Notes: generated by a model not told the origin, from the sequence alone. DNA of 41,696 nt from Planctomicrobium piriforme (GCA_945877965.1 CAMCTH010000001.1:1-41696), one strand, 5' to 3'. Positions 10,528 through 20,088 are shown, counted from the first letter of the stretch. A program made the numbers and translations.

Positions 10528-11825
10528 TCGCGATGCGAGGTTGGGTCATCGTCGTATGCGGCGTGTTGTACCTCGCGCACGTCGCCGCTGCGGTCGATAA
10601 GCCGGATGCGAAGAGCAAGCCTGCGACGGCCCCGACGAACGGCGGCGGTCAGTTCGGCATCAATCAAGCCGGCATCACGTCGCCCGCGATGCTCGACGCC
10701 TTGAACCGGCTGCATGCCGCCGGGGTTGTCGAAGGACGTCGCGGCACGCTGACATTTTTTCGTTGGACGAACGCCGAGCCGCCGAAACTGGCCCATCTCG
10801 GCTTGTGGGGCGCGCTGATCGGCAACGAGCATGCGGTCCTCGCGTCGTCGCTGCCCGACTTGGAATTCGTCAGCCTGTACGAAACGAACATCGACGACCG
10901 TGGGGTACAGGCCTTTGCACACTTGCCGAAGCTCCGCCGTTTAGCCGTCGCGCCCATCGCCCGTTACGAAAAGCCCGGATACGGCCCGCCGCAATGGTCG
11001 TATCCGTTCATCGCTGAGCGCGAAGATCGCCCGCGCATCACCGCCGCCGGGTTGCGCGCCTTCGCGAACGTCGCGACGCTCGAAGGCCTCGATCTTCTGG
11101 GCGCGAGGTTGTCGTCGGCCGATCTGGCGTTGCTCACCTCGTGGCCGAAGCTGTCGTCGCTGAGTCTGCCGAACGTCATTGACGCCGAAGCGGTGCGACA
11201 TCTGCAAGCCTGCTCTAAGCTCAACCAGTTGACGTTGGGTTATCGCGAAGTGACGGCCGAGGAGTTGAAATGCTTGGCCGAGTGGAAATCGTTGCGGACG
11301 TTAGTGCTGATCCATGCCCGACTCTCGGACGAGGCGCTGCAGGCACTATCGAAGCTCGACACCGTCGAGCAACTCGAACTCGAAGATTGCGGACTTACCG
11401 ACGAGCGGTTGCAGCATCTCCATGGCTCAAAGAAGCTGACGCACTTGTCGCTCAAGCGGAACGAGATCGACGGTCCCGGCTTGGTCCACATCGCCAAACT
11501 CAAATTGAAGACGCTCGGGCTCGAGTTCAACAACCTCAACGACGATACGCTGAGCTATCTGCCGCAACTGACGAGCCTCGAAGAGTTGTGGCTGGCGCAC
11601 TGCCGCGGCATCACCGACCGCGGCCTCCGCAACGGCACGTTGCAGAAGATGACGCATCTCCGGCAACTCAACCTCCGCGGGCTCCAGCAAGTGACTGACG
11701 CGTCGCTCGACGATCTCGTTCGATTTCAGCATCTCGCCCACCTCGGCATTCGTGAAACCAAGATCAGCGCCGACGGCGTCGCCCGCCTTAAGCAGGAATT
11801 GCCGAAGACCGTCGTCTTTAAGTAG
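10524..11825 (+). CDS. Leucine-rich repeat (RNI-like) protein with N-terminal signal anchor
   Basis: ATG 10524 overlaps the DUF1552 stop (ATGA). Hydrophobic N-terminus. About 24-25-residue LRR periodicity, e.g. LKTLGLEFNNLNDDTLSYLPQLTSLEELWLAHCRGITDRGL. Confidence 0.75.
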   Translation: MIAMRGWVIVVCGVLYLAHVAAAVDKPDAKSKPATAPTNGGGQFGINQAGITSPAMLDALNRLHAAGVVEGRRGTLTFFRWTNAEPPKLAHLGLWGALIGNEHAVLASSLPDLEFVSLYETNIDDRGVQAFAHLPKLRRLAVAPIARYEKPGYGPPQWSYPFIAEREDRPRITAAGLRAFANVATLEGLDLLGARLSSADLALLTSWPKLSSLSLPNVIDAEAVRHLQACSKLNQLTLGYREVTAEELKCLAEWKSLRTLVLIHARLSDEALQALSKLDTVEQLELEDCGLTDERLQHLHGSKKLTHLSLKRNEIDGPGLVHIAKLKLKTLGLEFNNLNDDTLSYLPQLTSLEELWLAHCRGITDRGLRNGTLQKMTHLRQLNLRGLQQVTDASLDDLVRFQHLAHLGIRETKISADGVARLKQELPKTVVFK

Positions 11826-11866
11826 CACGGTCTTGCCGCGGCGATGACGCAGCGGATTGGCACACC

Positions 11867-13138
11867 CTACGATCGCCAGAACGTCGATTCGCTCGGTGCT
11901 TGATATTGCACTGCCAAGTGGGGAGTCTCGCGGCGGGTTTGACCGTCGGCCAGCGACTGTAAGCCGGCCTGTACGAGCCCGCTCGTGAGCAACGTTCGTT
12001 CGGCCGGATACGGCGCTCGGCCGGTGACGAACATCTGCTCCACTTGCGACATCAACGCCGCCGAGTAGACGACGTTCGGGTTCGGCGGCAGATAAAACAA
12101 CGTCGAGAGCGGCTCCGCTTGGTCCTTCAGTTGAGCGGCGACGAGAAAATCCTGCGTCAGTCCGTTCAGCAGCAGCATCGTCGCTTTCAATCCGTCGCGA
12201 TACTCGAACCGATAGGCGATCGGATCTTTGACCCACTCGCGCAACTGCGCCGGCGTGGGATAGCGATGGCTGAACGTGTCGGGCTGCCGCAGCGTGTGGC
12301 TTCGCGATAGGCACGCTTCGAACAATCGCGGGCTCCAGCCGCCGGCGTTCCAATCGCCGGCCTCGAACGCCTTCCAGACCGCGTCGCCGCGCAGCGCTTG
12401 CAGCCACTTCACGCCGGTCTCGCCGCCCTGCCGTCGCTCGACGAACGATTGCAATGCTTCCAACGCGTGGAAGTCGTAATGGTCCGGCGCGCCGTGCGCC
12501 ACGCAGAGCGCTTCGTCGACCTCTGCACCGTACGGCAGGTCGATCGCCGGCATCCGCCACGTGACGGGCAGCGACGATCCGGCGAGCAACGGGAACTTGA
12601 GTTCGTGCGCCGTGTCGACCATCGCTTTGGCCCATTCGAACTTCCACGAGAGATGCTTGTCGTTGTAGACGGGCGTTGCGCGACCGTCCTGGCGAAAGAC
12701 CTCCGCGATCTGCTGAAAGAACTCGTAGCGTGGATATTGCTTCTGCCCGATCTCGTTGACCGGATAGTCGCCATGCTCGCCGATCACCAAGACCGCATCG
12801 ACCGCGAGTTCGTCGCCCCCTTGGCGGAGCGCCGCTGCGATCGTGGGATAAATCTTGAAGCCGAACTCTTCCGCGCGCTTGCGGCTTAAATCGTTTGTCG
12901 GAGTTTGATCGACGTACGCCGACACGACGTCGATCGGAGGTCGATGCCACTTTCCTTGCGACGGATAGCCGACGAGGAACCGCTCGGCCATGTGCCACGC
13001 ATGCGAGCGATAGTTCCAGACCGTCGTGACGACGGCGAGCCGTTTGCGCGGGGCCGACGCGGCCGGTGCGCCGCCGATGAGCGGAGCCGCTAGCAAGCCT
13101 GCACCCAACGATCCGACGAATTGACGACGATTAGGCAT
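11867..13138 (-). CDS. Hypothetical Tat-signal protein (possible degenerate Gfo/Idh/MocA-like fold)
   Basis: ATG 13138 gives MPNRRQFVGSLGAGLLAAPLIGG...AS. Coding-like composition throughout. I recognise no catalytic motif; the fold guess rests only on the pattern around AVDAVLVIGEHGDYP. Confidence 0.65.
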   Translation of the reverse strand: MPNRRQFVGSLGAGLLAAPLIGGAPAASAPRKRLAVVTTVWNYRSHAWHMAERFLVGYPSQGKWHRPPIDVVSAYVDQTPTNDLSRKRAEEFGFKIYPTIAAALRQGGDELAVDAVLVIGEHGDYPVNEIGQKQYPRYEFFQQIAEVFRQDGRATPVYNDKHLSWKFEWAKAMVDTAHELKFPLLAGSSLPVTWRMPAIDLPYGAEVDEALCVAHGAPDHYDFHALEALQSFVERRQGGETGVKWLQALRGDAVWKAFEAGDWNAGGWSPRLFEACLSRSHTLRQPDTFSHRYPTPAQLREWVKDPIAYRFEYRDGLKATMLLLNGLTQDFLVAAQLKDQAEPLSTLFYLPPNPNVVYSAALMSQVEQMFVTGRAPYPAERTLLTSGLVQAGLQSLADGQTRRETPHLAVQYQAPSESTFWRS

Positions 13139-13371
13139 GGGCTGACCTGCAACGAGAGGGCGAGGAAGGAAAATAGAATCGCTGCGGCGAGTCGGTCTGT
13201 AACGTAACAAGCGACGGCGACGGGTCCTAGGATTTACGTCGACGGTGACGACCAGGCCGCAACGGCGTCGGTTTTGTCTTGTGGCTGCATAAGCATCGGC
13301 GTAAATTGATAAGTCTCGCCTGCTTTGTTTCCCCGCCCCCTCGGCCGATACGGTCGATCGGAAGTTTGCCG

Positions 13372-15795
13372 ATGTTTGGCACTACCTTCCTCGCGCTGCT
13401 GTTCACGGTTTCGGCACCGCCGCTGCCGTCGGATAGCGCGCTGCGCATCGAGCCGGCGACCGTGACGTTGCGCGGATCGGACGGGCGGCAGCAACTGCTG
13501 GTAACGGCCGTGCGCGACGGTCGCGAGATCGATGCCACGTACGCCGCGACGTACGCCTCGTCGCAACCGACGATCGCCCATGTCGGCCCCGACGGCGTGG
13601 TGCTGCCGGTCGGCGACGGCACGACGATCGTCACCGCGACGTACGAGAATCGTTCCGTTTCCGTCGAAGTGAAAATCGAACAAGCGACGCAATCACCCGC
13701 CCTGCACTTCGGCCACGACATTATTCCGTTGCTGACGAAAGCCGGCTGCAACTCCGGCGGCTGTCACGGCAAGCAGAGCGGACAGAACGGCTTCAAGCTC
13801 TCGGTCTTCGGCTTCGACGTCGAGGCTGACTATCGCGCGATCGTGAACGAAGGGCGCGGGCGACGACTATCTCCCGCCGCACCGCGCGAGTCGCTGCTGC
13901 TGACCAAGGCGGTCAACAGCGTCCCGCACGGAGGCGGACAAAGGATTCAAGAAGACTCGCCCGAGTATCGGCGGCTGCTCCGCTGGGTGTCGGCCGGCAT
14001 GCCGCGTGGCGACGATCAGGTCCCGCACGTCGTCGCCATCGACGTCCTCCCGAAGCAGCGCGTACTGCAAGAACGTTCGCAGCAGCGGTTGCTGGTGACG
14101 GCGAAACTTTCCGACGGTACGCTCCGCGACGTCACGAGCGAAGCGATCTACACGGCCAACGACGACGTGCTGGCGACGGTCGACCGGCACGGCCGGATCG
14201 CGACGACGATGATGGCCGGCGAGTCGGCGATCGTCGTCCGCTATGAAGAGCATGTCGCGGCAAGCTATGTGTCAGTCCCGTTGAATCGCGTGACGACCGG
14301 CGCGCAGCAACTCGCCGCCTGGGATCGTTCGCATTTCATCGATCGCTTGGTCGCCGACAAATGGGAGCGACTGCAACTCTCGCCATCGCCGCCGGCCGAC
14401 GACGCCACATTCCACCGCCGCGCATTTCTCGATCTGATCGGCAAGTTGCCGACCCCGGCCGAGGCGACGGCGTTCCTCGCCGATAAGTCGGCCGACAAGC
14501 GAGTGCGACTCGTCGACACGCTGCTCGCCCGCCCCGAGTATGCTGACTTTTGGGCGTTGAAGTGGGCCGACTTGCTGCGTGTGAATCGCGAAGAACTCGG
14601 GGCCAAGCCGGCCTATCGCTATCACGAATGGCTCCGTAGTTCGCTCGCACGCAATCAACCGTACGACCAGTTCCTCCGCGAGTTGATCACCGCGCAAGGG
14701 AGCGAAGAGCGCAACGGCGCGGTCAATTTCTTCCGCGCCTTTGCGAACCCGAACGATCTCTCGGTTGCGGTCAGCCAAGTCTTTCTCGGCGTGCGGCTCG
14801 AGTGTGCCAAGTGCCATCATCACCCGTACGAAAAATGGGGCCAGGACGATTTCTACGGCCTCGCCGCTTTCTTCCCGCGACTCCAGCAGAAAAAATCGCT
14901 CAAGTCGGACGGCGTATTCTTCATCGCCGACAAAGGCGAAGTGAAGCATCCGCAGACGAAAGAGACCGTCAGCCCGCGCGTCCTGCTCGGCGAATCGTTC
15001 GATGCGGCGCAAGAATCCGATCCGCGGCGACGGTTGGCCGACTGGCTTGCCGCGCCGGAGAATCCGTTCGTCGCGCGGTCGTTGGTGAATCGCGTTTGGG
15101 CCCAACTGATGGGACGCGGCTTGGTCGAGCCGATTGATGACTTGCGCGACACGAACCCGCCGACGAACGAGCCGTTGCTCGCCGCGCTCGCCGCCGACTT
15201 CGTCGAGCACGACTACGACGTTCGCCGATTGATCCGGACGATCGCCGTCTCGCAAGTGTACGGCCTCAGCTCGCAGCCGAACACCGACAACGTGCGCGAC
15301 ACGCAGAACTATTCCCGCGCGTATCGTAAACGACTCAGCGCCGAGGTGCTGCTCGATGCCGTGAGCGACGTCACCGGCGAGCCCGAGTCGTTCGCAGGCA
15401 TGCCCCCCGGTACCCGCGCGACGCAGCTCTGGGACCATCGTCTGCCGTCGGCGTTTCTCGACACCTTCGGTCGTCCGCAACGGAAGACGGTGTGCCAATG
15501 CGAGCGGGCGGCCGACGTCTCGCTCGGCCAGGTGCTGCATTTGATGAATGCCCCGCCGGTGAACGACAAGATCAGTTCGCCGACCGGCCGCGTCGCGCAA
15601 CTCGCGGCGAGCGAGCGGTCGCCGGACGAAATCATCGCCGAACTTTATTTAGCCGCGCTCGGCCGCCTGCCCCGCGCCGATGAAAAGAGTGCGGCGGGCG
15701 CGGCGTTCCAGGCCGCGGGGGCCGATCGTCGGACGGCCGCCGAAGACGTTTTGTGGGCTCTACTCAACTCCGCCGAGTTTGTTCTGAATCACTAA
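13372..15795 (+). CDS. DUF1549/DUF1553 (PSCyt2/PSD1) protein with Ig-like Big_2 domains
   Basis: ATG 13372 gives a signal peptide. Two Big_2-like segments, CNSGGCHGK and CAKCHHHPYEKW blocks, and the C-terminal CQCER...HLMN block are typical of the family. Followed by a DUF1501 gene. Confidence 0.85.
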   Translation: MFGTTFLALLFTVSAPPLPSDSALRIEPATVTLRGSDGRQQLLVTAVRDGREIDATYAATYASSQPTIAHVGPDGVVLPVGDGTTIVTATYENRSVSVEVKIEQATQSPALHFGHDIIPLLTKAGCNSGGCHGKQSGQNGFKLSVFGFDVEADYRAIVNEGRGRRLSPAAPRESLLLTKAVNSVPHGGGQRIQEDSPEYRRLLRWVSAGMPRGDDQVPHVVAIDVLPKQRVLQERSQQRLLVTAKLSDGTLRDVTSEAIYTANDDVLATVDRHGRIATTMMAGESAIVVRYEEHVAASYVSVPLNRVTTGAQQLAAWDRSHFIDRLVADKWERLQLSPSPPADDATFHRRAFLDLIGKLPTPAEATAFLADKSADKRVRLVDTLLARPEYADFWALKWADLLRVNREELGAKPAYRYHEWLRSSLARNQPYDQFLRELITAQGSEERNGAVNFFRAFANPNDLSVAVSQVFLGVRLECAKCHHHPYEKWGQDDFYGLAAFFPRLQQKKSLKSDGVFFIADKGEVKHPQTKETVSPRVLLGESFDAAQESDPRRRLADWLAAPENPFVARSLVNRVWAQLMGRGLVEPIDDLRDTNPPTNEPLLAALAADFVEHDYDVRRLIRTIAVSQVYGLSSQPNTDNVRDTQNYSRAYRKRLSAEVLLDAVSDVTGEPESFAGMPPGTRATQLWDHRLPSAFLDTFGRPQRKTVCQCERAADVSLGQVLHLMNAPPVNDKISSPTGRVAQLAASERSPDEIIAELYLAALGRLPRADEKSAAGAAFQAAGADRRTAAEDVLWALLNSAEFVLNH

Positions 15796-15814
15796 GCGGA
15801 ACGAAAGAATTGTC

Positions 15815-17161
15815 ATGACGAATCATTATTGCGACGGCCGTTCGCGGCGCAACTTCTTGCAGCTCGGCCTCGGCGGCACGGCGGGTCTCGGACTCGCCCC
15901 GCTGTTGCGCGCGACGACGAACCAACTCGCTGCAAATGAAGCCGCGCCGAAGCCCGGCCTCGCCAAGGCGAAGCGTTGCATTCTGATTTGGATGGACGGC
16001 GGGCCGAGCCATCACGAAACGTTCGACATGAAGCCCGACGCGCCGGCCGAGATTCGCGGGCCGTATGACTCAATCGCCAGCAGCCTCCCCGGTCTCGACG
16101 TCTGCGAGTACCTGCCGAACGTCGCCAAGGTGATGCACCTCACGACGGTGATCCGCTCGGTGTCGCATCGTGATCCTGGGCACGGGGCCGGCAATCATCA
16201 TCTGACGACCGGCAGTCCTACGCCCGTGCCGATCGGCTGCGGCGATGCCGTGAGCTTTCATCCCAGCCTCGGGTCGTTCATCGCCAAAGAGCGCGGGTCC
16301 CCGCCGGGCCTGCCCGCGTACGTCCAGTTCGCGTTGCCGGTGCCGATGCGATCAGGCGGTCCGAACTTTCTGGGAAGCAAATACGCGCCGTTCTTGATCG
16401 CCAACAATCCGAACAATCCCGACTTCCAATTGCCCGACGTCACGTTGCCGCCGGGCATTGCCGAGGGTCGGGCTCAATCGCGGGCCGCCCTCCGCAAGTC
16501 GCTCGACAACCTGGAGCGGATCCACGACGAATCGGCAGCCGATCCGGCCCGCGGCTTCGACAGTTTCCACGAACAAGCGCACCGGCTCGTGACGTCGTCG
16601 CTTGCCAAGCAGGCGTTCGATATCAGCACCGAGTCGGAACAAACGCGCGATGCCTACGGTCGCACGATGGTTGGCCAGCAATGTTTGTTGGCCCGTCGCT
16701 TGGTCGAGGCGGGAGTGCCGTTCGTCACCGTGCAGCATGCCGGTTGGGATCATCACAACATGATCTTCAAGTACTTGAAGGATCGCTGGCTGCCGACCTT
16801 CGACGTCTCGTTCGCCGCGCTGTTACTCGATTTGGAACAACGGGGACTGCTCGAAGACACGCTCGTCTTGGCGCTCGGCGAGTTCGGTCGGACGCCGAAG
16901 ATCAACAAGGACTCCGGTCGCGATCACTGGCCGGGGGCGATGTCGATCGTCGCTGCGGGGGCCGGCGTGCCGCGCGGTTGCGTCATCGGCTCGACCGACA
17001 AGCAAGGGGCGTACTCGCAAGATCGACCGCTCAAGGTCGAAGACCTGTTCTGCTCGATCTACACGAAGCTCGGCATCAATCCGCACAAAGAATTGCTGAC
17101 ACCCGAGGGCCGCCCGGTCGCGATCGTCAACGGCGGCAAGCCGATCAGCGAGTTGTTTTAG
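15815..17161 (+). CDS. DUF1501 family protein with Tat signal
   Basis: GRSRRNFLQLGLGG Tat motif. WMDGGPSHHETFDMKP, WDHHNM and LGEFGRTPKIN blocks are paralogous to 25-1407. Confidence 0.9.
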   Translation: MTNHYCDGRSRRNFLQLGLGGTAGLGLAPLLRATTNQLAANEAAPKPGLAKAKRCILIWMDGGPSHHETFDMKPDAPAEIRGPYDSIASSLPGLDVCEYLPNVAKVMHLTTVIRSVSHRDPGHGAGNHHLTTGSPTPVPIGCGDAVSFHPSLGSFIAKERGSPPGLPAYVQFALPVPMRSGGPNFLGSKYAPFLIANNPNNPDFQLPDVTLPPGIAEGRAQSRAALRKSLDNLERIHDESAADPARGFDSFHEQAHRLVTSSLAKQAFDISTESEQTRDAYGRTMVGQQCLLARRLVEAGVPFVTVQHAGWDHHNMIFKYLKDRWLPTFDVSFAALLLDLEQRGLLEDTLVLALGEFGRTPKINKDSGRDHWPGAMSIVAAGAGVPRGCVIGSTDKQGAYSQDRPLKVEDLFCSIYTKLGINPHKELLTPEGRPVAIVNGGKPISELF

Positions 17162-17189
17162 ACGACGCCGAATCACCGAGTTTTACATC

Positions 17190-19460
17190 ATGCTCTGCGG
17201 TCGTCGTCGGGTTGTTCTAAACGTTGCCGGGTTTGTCGTTGCGCTGGCGGCGATGAACTTGCCGTCGGCTCGCGCGCAGGCGACGCCGAAGATTGAGTTT
17301 CTGTTTCCTGCCGGAGCGCAGCGCGGCACCGAGGTCGAGGTGCAACTCGGCGGCGACTACATGCCGGGTCCGTGTCGACTGATTTCGGCCGGCGACGGAC
17401 TGACGGTCGAGCCCGTCGAGGGGACGAATCGCTATCGCTTCCGCATTGCGGACGAGGCGACCGTCGGGCTGCGTGAAGTTCGGCTCTCGTCGGTGCAAGG
17501 CGCGTCGTCGCCGTTTCCGTTCGTCGTCGGCGATCTGCCGGAAGTCGTGCAGGTCGAGAGCCCGCAACCGCTGGAAATCACGAAACTGCCGGTGACGGCG
17601 AACGGGCGACTCGAAACGGCCGGCGACATCGACGAGTATGCCGTGACGCTGGCGGCCGGCGAGCAGATCGTTTGCGCGGCGACGACGCGGAGTCTTCGTT
17701 CGTCGGTCGATCCGATGCTGCGGCTGCTCGACGCGGTCGGCAAACCGGTGGCTGAGAGTTTTGCCCATCGCTCGGCCGATGCGCTGCTGACGTTTCGCGC
17801 GCCGCAGGCGGGGCGATATGTGCTGCAACTCTTCGACTTTCAAATGGGAGGCGGGGCCGACTCCGTCTATCGCCTGACGATCACGACCGGACCGTGGCTC
17901 GATTATGCGTTACCCGCCGGAGTTTCTCGCGATAGCGAAACGGCGGTGACGGTGTTCGGCTGGAATCTGCCGGGGCCGAAGGGGGAATCGCACGTCGTCC
18001 GCGTCCCGCCGCAATCGGCCGACGCGTACGAACTCAAATTGCCCGGCGGCGCGAATTGGTTGTCGCTTCCCGTCGGCAAGGCTGCGGAGATCACCGAGAC
18101 GGAGCCGAATGACGTCGCGGCGCAAGCCGTCGTGCTCACGATTCCGACGACCGTGAACGGACGACTCCAAACGCCGGGGGACGTCGATGTCTTTGCGTTT
18201 GATGCGAAGCAAAAAGAAAAAATCGCGCTCGAGTTGCAGTCGGCCGAACTCGACTTTCCGACCGACGGCGTGCTCGCGATCTTCGATGACAAGGGGAAGC
18301 AACTGGTTGAGTTGGACGACTCGAAGACGTCGCGCGATCCGAGTCTGCGGTTCACCGCGCCGGCCGACGGTCGGTACTTTGTTTCGCTCCGCGATCGGAG
18401 CGGCGGCGGCGGAGTGGAGTACGTCTATCGTTTGCAACTCTCGGCGCTCCGGCCCGAGCTGACGGCTCGCGCGAATGCGGCGTCGCTTTATGTGTCGACG
18501 GGGCAGACGGTGAACCTGCCGGTGTTGGTCGAGCGCGTCGATGGCTTGGCCGATGAACTTGAAGTGACGGCCGAGGGTATGCCGGCGGGCGTCACGGTCG
18601 CGTCCGTCGCCGTGCCCGCCAAAACGCCGGGGACCGTGCAACTGCCGTTCACCGCCGGTGACAAGATCGCGCCGATCGCCGGCTTGGTGCGGATCGTCGT
18701 CCGGAGCAAAGCCGCCGGGGCAACCGGCGAGCGCTTCGCGCGAATTGCCGAGTCGGCGGCCGCGACGACGACGAGCGAGTCGTTGTGGCTCGCCGTCGGC
18801 CCGGAGATTCCGTTCACGCTGAAGACCTCGACGACGATTCTCGACGCCCCGCGGCTCGCCGGGTTTCCGTTTCCCGTCAGCGTGACAAGGAAGGAAGGTT
18901 TCACGGGTCCGATCCGTTTAATCGGCGTCGAGCCCGACCGGCGCGGCACCCTGCTGCCGCTCGAAGGCGAGATTGCGGCGGGGGCCGACGAGGGGACGAT
19001 CCCGCTCGTGTTGCAAAACAAAGTGACCGAAGGGACGACGCACCGCTGCCGCGTGATGGGCGTAGCGGATGTGAAGGGGCCTGACGGCAAGTCGTACGCG
19101 GTCTTCCACATCGCTGCCGGCGCGATGTCGGTTGGCTGCCAGCCGAGCCTGCTGACGCTGACGGCCGAGCCGACGATCATTGCCTGGCGACCGGGCGGCA
19201 CACAGCAGATCGACGTCCGCCTGATGCGCCGCACGACGATGCAGCCGATCACGCTCCGGCTTGCCTTGCCAACCGGCGTGACAGGCATCGAATGCGAACC
19301 GCTCGAAGTGCGCGGCGATCAAAACCAAGCCACGCTGACGCTCCGCTTTGCCGACGCCCCGCCGAGCGTCCCGAGGACGACGATCCGGATCGAAGCCGAA
19401 TCGTCGCAAAGCGGCCTGCCGATCTACGGCATGACGAGCCTGCGCCTCGAAGCGCGGTAG
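17190..19460 (+). CDS. Secreted protein with pre-peptidase C-terminal (PPC)-like domains
   Basis: Signal peptide ending ARAQ. Segments such as TEPNDVAAQAVVLTIPTTVNGRLQTPGDVDVFAFDAKQKEKIALEL and NGRLETAGDIDEYAVTLAAGEQI fit the PPC pattern. Confidence 0.75.
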   Translation: MLCGRRRVVLNVAGFVVALAAMNLPSARAQATPKIEFLFPAGAQRGTEVEVQLGGDYMPGPCRLISAGDGLTVEPVEGTNRYRFRIADEATVGLREVRLSSVQGASSPFPFVVGDLPEVVQVESPQPLEITKLPVTANGRLETAGDIDEYAVTLAAGEQIVCAATTRSLRSSVDPMLRLLDAVGKPVAESFAHRSADALLTFRAPQAGRYVLQLFDFQMGGGADSVYRLTITTGPWLDYALPAGVSRDSETAVTVFGWNLPGPKGESHVVRVPPQSADAYELKLPGGANWLSLPVGKAAEITETEPNDVAAQAVVLTIPTTVNGRLQTPGDVDVFAFDAKQKEKIALELQSAELDFPTDGVLAIFDDKGKQLVELDDSKTSRDPSLRFTAPADGRYFVSLRDRSGGGGVEYVYRLQLSALRPELTARANAASLYVSTGQTVNLPVLVERVDGLADELEVTAEGMPAGVTVASVAVPAKTPGTVQLPFTAGDKIAPIAGLVRIVVRSKAAGATGERFARIAESAAATTTSESLWLAVGPEIPFTLKTSTTILDAPRLAGFPFPVSVTRKEGFTGPIRLIGVEPDRRGTLLPLEGEIAAGADEGTIPLVLQNKVTEGTTHRCRVMGVADVKGPDGKSYAVFHIAAGAMSVGCQPSLLTLTAEPTIIAWRPGGTQQIDVRLMRRTTMQPITLRLALPTGVTGIECEPLEVRGDQNQATLTLRFADAPPSVPRTTIRIEAESSQSGLPIYGMTSLRLEAR

Positions 19461-19475
19461 CTGCCGCCGCTTTTT
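19452..19475 (+). terminator. Possible intrinsic terminator overlapping the stop codon of the PPC gene
   Basis: GCGCGG/CCG(C)CGC stem (6 bp, one bulge, 6-nt loop containing the TAG stop), followed immediately by TTTTT (19471-19475). Confidence 0.35.
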
Positions 19476-19534
19476 ACGACGTCGCCGCCGCTCGGCCGTC
19501 GTGCACACCTCTTTCTGGGCTGAACGGCGCGCCG

Positions 19535-19552
19535 GTGTGCCGCGCCGCACAC
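19535..19552. promoter_or_regulatory. Dyad GTGTGC-N6-GCACAC (core GTGC-N6-GCAC), candidate enhancer (UAS) for an NtrC-type activator
   Basis: Perfect 6-bp arms read directly. The centre is about 73 bp upstream of the GG of the -24 element at 19617. The same core dyad occurs at 32983-32996 and 37317-37330. Confidence 0.4.
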
Positions 19553-19615
19553 TCTGGATTCGGCTCGCTTTCCGAATCGGGCTGTGCTTTCGCGAGAACG
19601 ACGAATTACCGCCTT

Positions 19616-19631
19616 CGGCACGAGGAATGCA
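19616..19631 (+). promoter_or_regulatory. Sigma-54 (-24/-12) promoter-like element
   Basis: CGGCACGAGGAATGCA versus consensus TGGCACG-N4-TTGCW. GG and GC have the canonical 12-nt register. About 50 bp upstream of ATG 19681. Confidence 0.5.
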
Positions 19632-19680
19632 ATTCTCGGCGAGCAACGACCGCACTCGTTCTTTCGCCGAGGAGTAACCC

Positions 19681-20079
19681 ATGTCGACGTCGTCGCCGTC
19701 CGGAATGCATCGCGATCATCGCGAATGGGAATCCGAAAATGCGTTGTGGCGCGATCAACTCCGCGAATGGCAGCGTGAGAACGAGCAGGCCGTCGCCGAA
19801 TTGAATCGGGCGCAACAGGTATTTCGCAATCACGAGCGGACGCTCGAAACGCACGCCGCCGGGATTCGGCTGTTCGGTCAGGCATGTGCCGAACACGAAC
19901 ATGATCTGGCCGCGAAGGCTCAAGCGGAAACGCCGCAAGCGTGCGGAATGTGCGGCCATGAACAAGAAGCGATCGACCACCGCCGCGAGCGCGAGATTCA
20001 TGAACGGATCAAACGCCGACATCACACGCTGATGGCTCAACTGGCGATGCTCATGCGTTCGCTGACCGAGACGGTGTAA
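19681..20079 (+). CDS. Hypothetical His/Glu-rich helical protein (132 aa)
   Basis: ATG-initiated ORF with coding-like codon bias and heptad-like helical sequence. Many H/E pairs (HRDHREWESE, NHERTLETH, EHEHD, HEQEAIDHRREREIHERIKRRHH) plus CGMCGH. Confidence 0.6.
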   Translation: MSTSSPSGMHRDHREWESENALWRDQLREWQRENEQAVAELNRAQQVFRNHERTLETHAAGIRLFGQACAEHEHDLAAKAQAETPQACGMCGHEQEAIDHRREREIHERIKRRHHTLMAQLAMLMRSLTETV

Positions 20080-20088
20080 GAGCAAGTC

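Noticed and set aside
11427-12998. 523-aa minus-strand ORF overlapping the LRR gene end and the Tat-protein gene in another frame
   Set aside because: Extremely Arg/Ala/Gly-rich. It spans a convergent intergenic region. The in-frame alternative (11867-13138) has a Tat signal and normal composition.
14272-15600. 442-aa ORF antisense to the DUF1549/1553 gene
   Set aside because: Shadow ORF with Arg/Glu/Val-rich composition and no motifs.
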